Shown here: positions 26,490-32,000 of the stretch, in pieces
How positions within the stretch are numbered: position 1 is the first letter of the stretch
Layout: each line of letters begins with the position of its first letter
Assembly: GCA_025839675.1 (NCBI GenBank)
Contig: CP104013.1
Span: forward strand, 3,690,001-3,722,000
Source of the DNA: Candidatus Lokiarchaeum ossiferum
GTDB taxonomy: Archaea; Asgardarchaeota; Lokiarchaeia; Sigyniarchaeales; Promethearchaeaceae
Direction: 5' to 3'
Length of the DNA stretch: 32,000 nt
Notes under the pieces: model-generated
Database searches by the model: none
What the model saw: the letters and a program-made list of their open reading frames with translations, nothing else
Told to the model about the DNA's origin: nothing
Position numbers and translations under genes: made by a program

Positions 26490-27662
26490 ATGGTCAAAAA
26501 TCATACTTTGTCTACCAGAAAACATTTGTTAATTACATTAGCCTTATTTTTTCTCACTTTTCCCTTTGTAACTGGATTGAAAGAGCAAAATATTCCAGTG
26601 TGGAGTCATTATATTGAACCAAATTATCTGCAACATGGAATAAAAATAATGAATGAAAATCAACATCCTACTTACAGTTATCTAAAAGAATCTCATCAAT
26701 TAGATTTTTCCTTAGACAAAAACTTCTCACTTGCGTGTTCAGATGGTTTGTATGAATACAAAGAATTTTATAATACCTCAAACTGGGACGATGTGGATTC
26801 ATTTTCCCCCTATCAAATTTCACAAAATCGAGATATAGAATATAGTATGGCATACAATATTTCAGATACTGCGCGAAATTCCTTCACTATATCGTTCGAA
26901 GATATGTTTCTCATATATCCTTCAGAAAGTGTAATAATTGATAATTCTGGCAGTGATCCTGTTATCAATAATCTCTTAGGATATTCAAAATCTCCTTATT
27001 CAGAAGCCACTTTTTCCTCAACTAATATTTCCTCTGAAAAAATATCCTCATCTACCATAAGAAATGGATGGTCTTCTAATTATGCTGGTTGTCTCATCGA
27101 AGGTTCCTCATATAATGGCAGTGACAACAAGATAAATGTTGCTATTCAAAATACCTTCGATATTTCATCTCAAAATTCATCCTTATATTTTTCTTTATTC
27201 CTATCAAACTTAGATCAGCTTGAACTGCTTTTTAATAATAGTATTTTACCAGACAAGACTCAATACGGTTTGGGAGTTAAAATTCATTTGCATACAACAA
27301 ATCTTGGAGATTCAAGTTATTTCCCTAAATTTATAAGTGAATCTTCTTATAGATCTCAAGGTATGTGGAATCTTTTTCCATTGGATGAAGGATATGGGGT
27401 TGAAATGTTTCACTTTACAGATTATCAAGATCCGAACCTTGAAACCTTTTATTTTGTTTTTCCAAGATTAAAAATTGGGCAATATAACAAACTATTTTAT
27501 AACTTTGAACTCAAATTGAATCATGATTCTATTAAAGTGGGGGGTTTTTCTCTTGATGATCTTGCATCTATCCCATCTTATTCTCCTTTATTAGTTTTAG
27601 TTCTATTCTGCACAATAACTGGATTAATCTATGTCGTCAATACAAAAAAAATTCAAAGTTAA
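26490..27662 (+). CDS. Secreted, C-terminally membrane-anchored Ser/Asn-rich protein, function unknown
   Basis: 390-aa ORF. It has an N-terminal signal-like LLITLALFFLTFPFVTG, many N-x-S/T sequons, a C-terminal TM (LLVLVLFCTITGLIYVV) and a short basic tail. Confidence 0.65.
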   Translation: MVKNHTLSTRKHLLITLALFFLTFPFVTGLKEQNIPVWSHYIEPNYLQHGIKIMNENQHPTYSYLKESHQLDFSLDKNFSLACSDGLYEYKEFYNTSNWDDVDSFSPYQISQNRDIEYSMAYNISDTARNSFTISFEDMFLIYPSESVIIDNSGSDPVINNLLGYSKSPYSEATFSSTNISSEKISSSTIRNGWSSNYAGCLIEGSSYNGSDNKINVAIQNTFDISSQNSSLYFSLFLSNLDQLELLFNNSILPDKTQYGLGVKIHLHTTNLGDSSYFPKFISESSYRSQGMWNLFPLDEGYGVEMFHFTDYQDPNLETFYFVFPRLKIGQYNKLFYNFELKLNHDSIKVGGFSLDDLASIPSYSPLLVLVLFCTITGLIYVVNTKKIQS

Positions 27663-27687
27663 AAGAAAAAAAGATTTAAGAAGGGAA

Positions 27688-28956
27688 TTACTCTCCGGAA
27701 GAAGGAATTTCCTTCTTAGCTCCCAATTTACGATAATTTGCGATGAGGAATGGAATTAAGATCACAAAGGTTGCCGCTCCTAGCACTAGCATCGTTGATA
27801 AGAGGGAATTAAGTCCAAGTAAAGAAGAATGATCCATTGAGTATCCTGTAAGCAGTGCAAACCCCATATAAACCAAATTCAAGCAAAAATTGATAATAGA
27901 AAGGACTGTAGCCCGACGATCTGAGGGAATATGGTCATTAGCATATTTGTCCAAAATTGTCCACGTATAATCACGGGTGAAGAAGAATATAAACACAAAT
28001 GCCAAACTCAATGGTGTAGTTAGTAACACCATCAAGAATAACATCACCCCGAAAATTATGGTAATTCCGTAGAAGGACCCTTTCTCCCCAAGTTTTTTTT
28101 CAATAGAAAACCGTAATGGGGCGAAAAATCCAATTACGCCGCGGGTAAATGCAAAAATGAGTCCGAAATAAATCACTGGGATATTAATCTCAACGAGATA
28201 AAAGGACTCCATCATATTGCAAAATAACATAGGAACAGTCAGCACTAGGACCCAAAAGATAGTGATGAATCGAACAATATGATTTTTCCAGACAAAACAT
28301 AAGGATTTACCAATTAATTTGTATTGTGCAGCGACAGTTTTTGATTTTTCGAAAGTTATTGGCTCTTTCATTGTAAATGCGATTATTCCTGCGATTGTTA
28401 AAGTAATTCCATGTACCAAGTATGGTAATCTTATGTCAATTGTATAGAAAATTGCACCTAAGATGGAAGCCAGAATAATTGCAATGGATGTAATGATATC
28501 TCTTCGGCTAGTATATTTTATATATTCTTGATCTTTATTCATTTGCTTTAGTGTATCATAAAATAGTGCATTGATTGCTCCAGAAAGGAATGAATCACCA
28601 AAACCCATCAGAATTGCTGCAAAAACATATCCGTTGAAGGTTGTAAATACTGCTGTTAGGATTAAACTTAGACCCCATAGTCCCATTCCGAGACTTGTGG
28701 ATAATTTTCTACCAAATATATCGGCAAAAGCACCGCTCGGAATATCTGTAAAGAAAATCACTGCAGAAATAATTGCTTCCAATAAACCAATTTGAGTAAA
28801 ACTAAGTCCACGGGCTTGGAAGTATAGAATTCCGACTGGCATAGAAATCCATAAATTGCGAAAGAACATCGCAGCGAAATATTTTTTGACGTTGCTTTGC
28901 ATAGCTTGATTGTGATTAGAGTCCATATTTTGTTTGGTTTCATCATTAGTTGTCAT
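27688..28956 (-). CDS. MFS (major facilitator superfamily) transporter
   Basis: 422-aa ORF with about 12 TM segments. MFS motif A-like GAFADIFGRK lies between TM2 and TM3. Confidence 0.85.
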   Translation of the reverse strand: MTTNDETKQNMDSNHNQAMQSNVKKYFAAMFFRNLWISMPVGILYFQARGLSFTQIGLLEAIISAVIFFTDIPSGAFADIFGRKLSTSLGMGLWGLSLILTAVFTTFNGYVFAAILMGFGDSFLSGAINALFYDTLKQMNKDQEYIKYTSRRDIITSIAIILASILGAIFYTIDIRLPYLVHGITLTIAGIIAFTMKEPITFEKSKTVAAQYKLIGKSLCFVWKNHIVRFITIFWVLVLTVPMLFCNMMESFYLVEINIPVIYFGLIFAFTRGVIGFFAPLRFSIEKKLGEKGSFYGITIIFGVMLFLMVLLTTPLSLAFVFIFFFTRDYTWTILDKYANDHIPSDRRATVLSIINFCLNLVYMGFALLTGYSMDHSSLLGLNSLLSTMLVLGAATFVILIPFLIANYRKLGAKKEIPSSGE

Positions 28957-29023
28957 TAGTATCAGCGTTTATTGTGAGTAGATGGAAAAATGTAGTAGTA
29001 AAAGTGTGCTTCTTTAACTTTAG

Positions 29024-29197
29024 CTATTCGGATTGTTCTCCTCGGGTTAGATGCTGCTCTAAACCACAAGTTTTGCAGATGTATAGATTATCATGTAATA
29101 GGAAAAGTGGAGAATTACATTCTTCACATTGCCCTGCTTGCAAATGGATCTCACTTTTAGACCATTTAGCACACGATTTCCGGTTTGACTTAGTCAT
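29024..29197 (-). CDS. Small zinc-ribbon protein (57 aa), UPF0148 / autoantigen-p27-like CxxCxxPLF...CxxCG core
   Basis: Not in the track because it is under 60 aa. My translation is MTKSNRKSCAKWSKSEIHLQAGQCEECNSPLFLLHDNLYICKTCGLEQHLTRGEQSE. GAAGGT lies 8 nt before the ATG and a TATA-like ctttaaatt lies about 45 nt upstream. It is antisense to the Cys-rich 92-aa track ORF. Confidence 0.5.
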   Translation of the reverse strand: MTKSNRKSCAKWSKSEIHLQAGQCEECNSPLFLLHDNLYICKTCGLEQHLTRGEQSE

Positions 29198-29349
29198 TTT
29201 AATTACCTTCTTTTTTTCAAATGTTTAACCTCAATTTAAAGTTAATAAGTTATGTTTGATACTACATAGAATAGTACATAATGGCACAATCTATGTTTTC
29301 TGAATATGCCATTCGAGGTAAAAAAAGAAAGGGAAGGAAAAACTGTGGA

Positions 29350-30168
29350 CTATTCCGGTTTGAAAGCTTTCAAACTAAAGAGAAAAGGCATGTTAAATTT
29401 CTCCGGATGTCGGAAATACCAGTGCTTATCCTCGCGTAATTCCATATCGGGGTGAACTTGGAAAGAACTAAAGGGATGTTCGTTAAAATATTCCATGTGA
29501 AGACCAGATGTAAATAATCCATTTAAGAGTTCCATGAGGGTATGTTGCCACTCGTAACTCTTGGTATTTTGGATCTTTTCTTCTGTGTCTACATAAGTAC
29601 GATCATTGTCTATAAGTTCTGGTTCTTTTTTCACAAAATAGGGCCCTCCAACTCTGTAGCTTTCATCATCCTCAACATCCATAAGCATCCCATAAGGATG
29701 AAATTCTGCCATGTACAGGAATCCACCCGGGTTTAATCGATCGGCAATAACTTCAAATAACTTTGGTAGATCAGGAAGCCAGCAAAGAAGTCCATAGGTC
29801 ATGTAGACAATGTCAAATTTTTCTTCGATCAATTTTGGAACATCGTATACATTACCTTGCATGAATTTAGCGGATAACCCTAATTCCTCATTCGTTTTAG
29901 TTGCCATATCTACCATTCCTTGGCTAAAATCAACTCCAGTAACGTGGGCACCTTTTCGAGCTAATGACATAGAATCCAACCCAAAATGACACATCAGATG
30001 CAAAATCGATTTTCCCTCAACATCACCTAGCTCCCGTTGTTCAAGTCCATATAATGAGGTTTTTCCTTCCTTAAAGCCTTTTACATCATAGAACCGGGAT
30101 TTTGAATGGATATTGGCCATTTCATCCCATCGACGTTGATTAATATCAAACTCAGAAGTATTTTTCAT
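29350..30168 (-). CDS. Class I SAM-dependent methyltransferase
   Basis: 272-aa ORF. Motif I region is SILHLMCHFGLDS, post-I is HVTGVDFS, then FDIVYMTYGLLCWL and LNPGGFLYMAEFHP. Confidence 0.85.
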   Translation of the reverse strand: MKNTSEFDINQRRWDEMANIHSKSRFYDVKGFKEGKTSLYGLEQRELGDVEGKSILHLMCHFGLDSMSLARKGAHVTGVDFSQGMVDMATKTNEELGLSAKFMQGNVYDVPKLIEEKFDIVYMTYGLLCWLPDLPKLFEVIADRLNPGGFLYMAEFHPYGMLMDVEDDESYRVGGPYFVKKEPELIDNDRTYVDTEEKIQNTKSYEWQHTLMELLNGLFTSGLHMEYFNEHPFSSFQVHPDMELREDKHWYFRHPEKFNMPFLFSLKAFKPE

Positions 30169-30276
30169 AAAGGGGAAAAGGTATTTTGATTATTAAGGTT
30201 ATCTAAAAAACCAAACATTTGATAAATTACATTCGCAATCATACTATAATTTAGTTTATAATTTACTTTTTCTTTT

Positions 30277-30810
30277 TCAATACATTTTAGATGGTAATGT
30301 GCTCCATACAAACCCCGTTTCTTCATATTTTTCTTCAGCATGTGTTATGAAATCCACATAAGTTGGGATTCCTCCTAGTTTTTGATAAAATTCACACGCA
30401 GAATTTTGACTTAGTGCCCAGATCAGCATAGATTGATATCCTAGTTCTTCAAAATACTGGACGACTTTGAAAAATAGTTGTGTTCCAATTCCTTGCTGCC
30501 AATATTCTGGTAAAATGTACATGGCATAGAGTTCACCATCAACCACATCTGAATAATTTCTCGGAATTCCGCACCAAGTGTACCCGACAATCCTTAGATC
30601 CGAATCTTGAATAACAAAAATGCGACTTGGATCGATCTTGGTTTGATTAATCCGCTTTATCCATTTCGGAACCCGTTCTGGAATTGTTAAGCTATCCAAA
30701 TAGTGATCCGAAATCAAATTACGATACGCTTTTTTCCAACTCAAAACACGTACAGTTGCAATTTCTAACGCATCTTCCAGTCGTGCTACCCTAATATTCA
30801 TATCCATCAA
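30277..30810 (-). CDS. GNAT family N-acetyltransferase
   Basis: 177-aa ORF. IRVARLEDALEI and the acetyl-CoA motif A YWQQGIGTQLFFKVVQYFEELGY (Q/RxxGxG/A) support the call. Confidence 0.88.
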   Translation of the reverse strand: MMDMNIRVARLEDALEIATVRVLSWKKAYRNLISDHYLDSLTIPERVPKWIKRINQTKIDPSRIFVIQDSDLRIVGYTWCGIPRNYSDVVDGELYAMYILPEYWQQGIGTQLFFKVVQYFEELGYQSMLIWALSQNSACEFYQKLGGIPTYVDFITHAEEKYEETGFVWSTLPSKMY

Positions 30811-30986
30811 AATGATTTAAGCTAAATGAATTTTATATTCTTTCATCGATTGAATCCAGTTTTGAAAATATTTTCTAATTACACCCATTAACCATAACAC
30901 CATAATTGAATTTCAATGGGAGTAAATATTACAACTTGAAGGAGGCTAGTTTTTAGCAAAACATGTTTTATTATCACTTGATCAAA

Positions 30987-32000
30987 ATGAAATACCGAAA
31001 ACTGTTTGATGAAGACACTTCCATTTTAGGTTTCGGATGTATGCGTTTACCTACAATTAAAGAAGGAGACACAACTAAAATCAATCAACCTGAAGCGATT
31101 AAGCAAATTCGCCATGGAATTGACCAAGGGATTAATTACATTGATACCGCTTGGCCATATCACAATCAAGAAAGTGAAGTTGTGGTTGGAAAAGCATTGC
31201 AAGACGGTTATCGTGAAAAAGTAAAATTGGTTACCAAAGCCCCCGTTTGGGAATATAAGGTCCCAGAGGATTTTGAGAAATATTTAAAATTGCAGCTAGA
31301 AAAATTGCAAACCGATCATTTGGATATATATTTACTCCATGCGTTAAGCAAAATGCGATTTTCGAGGGTTCAAGAATTAAAATTATTCGAACAAGCCGAA
31401 AAAGCTAAAAAAGCAGGATTGATCAAACACTTTGGCTTTTCTTTTCATGGCAATTATGAAACGTTCATCGAAATAATTGATGCATATGATTGGGATGTGA
31501 CTCAGATTCAATTCAATTACATGGATGTCAATTCCCAAGCAACTGAAAAGGGATTGAAGTATGCGGGAAAGAAAGGTATTCCTGTCATAGTCATGGAACC
31601 TTTATTGGGGGGAAAGCTTGTTCGACAAACTGATGAGGGCCTAAAATTCTTGAACGAAGCAAAAACACAACAATCCTTAGCTGCATGGGCACTCCAGTTT
31701 GTGTGGAATTATTCTGAAGTTAAAGTGGTATTGAGCGGAATGAATACGATGGAGATGATTGATGAAAATTGTGCAAGTGCTGATCGTGCGGGAATCAATT
31801 CTCTTTCGGATGAAGATCTTGCCACCATTGCTGGACTTAAAGCTTCCTTTGAAAAATTGATCTATATTCCATGCACTCGTTGTGAATATTGCATGCCTTG
31901 TCCTTCGGGAGTGAATATTCCAATGAATTTACGCGTCTTAAATGAAGCGGTATGGACAGGGTCTGCAGCTTCCATGCAAAGCTGGTTTGATGGGTTTGCT
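30987..32000 (+). CDS. Aldo/keto reductase with a C-terminal Fe-S cysteine cluster (COG1453-type), truncated at the right edge
   Basis: My translation from ATG 30987 reads MKYRKLFDEDTSILGFGCMRLP...GINYIDTAWPYHNQESEVVVGKAL... and then CTRCEYCMPCPSGVNIP (from 31872). An in-frame ATG at 30963 is possible, but homologues typically start MKYRKLG. The ORF is open to the end of the window. Confidence 0.85.
   Translation, partial: MKYRKLFDEDTSILGFGCMRLPTIKEGDTTKINQPEAIKQIRHGIDQGINYIDTAWPYHNQESEVVVGKALQDGYREKVKLVTKAPVWEYKVPEDFEKYLKLQLEKLQTDHLDIYLLHALSKMRFSRVQELKLFEQAEKAKKAGLIKHFGFSFHGNYETFIEIIDAYDWDVTQIQFNYMDVNSQATEKGLKYAGKKGIPVIVMEPLLGGKLVRQTDEGLKFLNEAKTQQSLAAWALQFVWNYSEVKVVLSGMNTMEMIDENCASADRAGINSLSDEDLATIAGLKASFEKLIYIPCTRCEYCMPCPSGVNIPMNLRVLNEAVWTGSAASMQSWFDGFA

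Noticed and set aside
28950-29228. 92-aa Cys-rich plus-strand ORF
   Set aside because: It overlaps the MFS start and is the antisense of a better-formed minus-strand zinc-ribbon ORF (29024-29197) that has a CxxC...CxxCG core and an RBS.
1117-29736. Remaining short nested track ORFs (1117-1326, 4962-5186, 10180-10383, 11220-11414, 11658-11903, 13474-13677, 14071-14292, 18797-18988, 25335-25559, 26668-26853, 28571-28795, 28758-28946, 29542-29736)
   Set aside because: Each lies within or antisense to a longer ORF with better support. None shows a recognisable motif, an RBS or its own intergenic space.
1-32000. Search for CRISPR repeats, long direct or inverted repeats, integrase/transposase genes, tRNA or rRNA genes, or an obvious defence island
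   Set aside because: None was found by eye. Composition looks uniform across the window, and there are no phage-like or mobile hallmark genes. A computational repeat scan, tRNAscan/Infernal and a GC-skew plot would be needed to be definitive.

Overview
This is an AT-rich archaeal chromosomal segment (roughly one-third G+C by eye, not computed). The archaeal call rests on an HMf-type histone gene (9078-9287), oligo-T terminators, and Asn/Ile/Lys/Ser-rich proteins. The composition would fit an Asgard/Lokiarchaeia-like genome, but that is inference only. I support 27 protein-coding genes. By eye I saw no rRNA, tRNA, CRISPR array, integrase or transposase.

Recognisable genes:
- partial CN-hydrolase/NadE-like gene
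- DJ-1/PfpI protein
- histone
- M29 aminopeptidase
- TrmO/TsaA-type methyltransferase
- kynureninase
- MFS transporter
- SAM methyltransferase
- GNAT acetyltransferase
- partial Fe-S aldo/keto reductase

Regions most worth a second look:
1. 1444-2963: a stand-alone cobalamin-binding protein with the complete CarH-type light-sensor signature (Wx9EH plus ExHxxG-x41-SxT-x27-GG) and no DNA-binding domain. It sits next to a coiled-coil protein ending in a CxxC...HGxCxxC module.
2. 14422-24056: a tightly spaced five-gene minus-strand cluster. It encodes a 507-aa polytopic membrane protein with a zinc-ribbon tail, an 85-aa HTH/coiled-coil protein, and two paralogous ~1100-aa double-FtsX permeases flanking one MacB-type ATPase that also has a zinc-ribbon tail.
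3. 4030-8508: a 1492-aa surface protein with an N-terminal caspase-like His/Cys pattern.
4. 9548-10621: a molybdopterin-oxidoreductase domain fused to a His-bearing 4-TM module, with no Tat motif.
5. 29024-29197: a 57-aa zinc-ribbon gene missing from the ORF track.

All functional calls come from motif recognition by eye. No searches were run.
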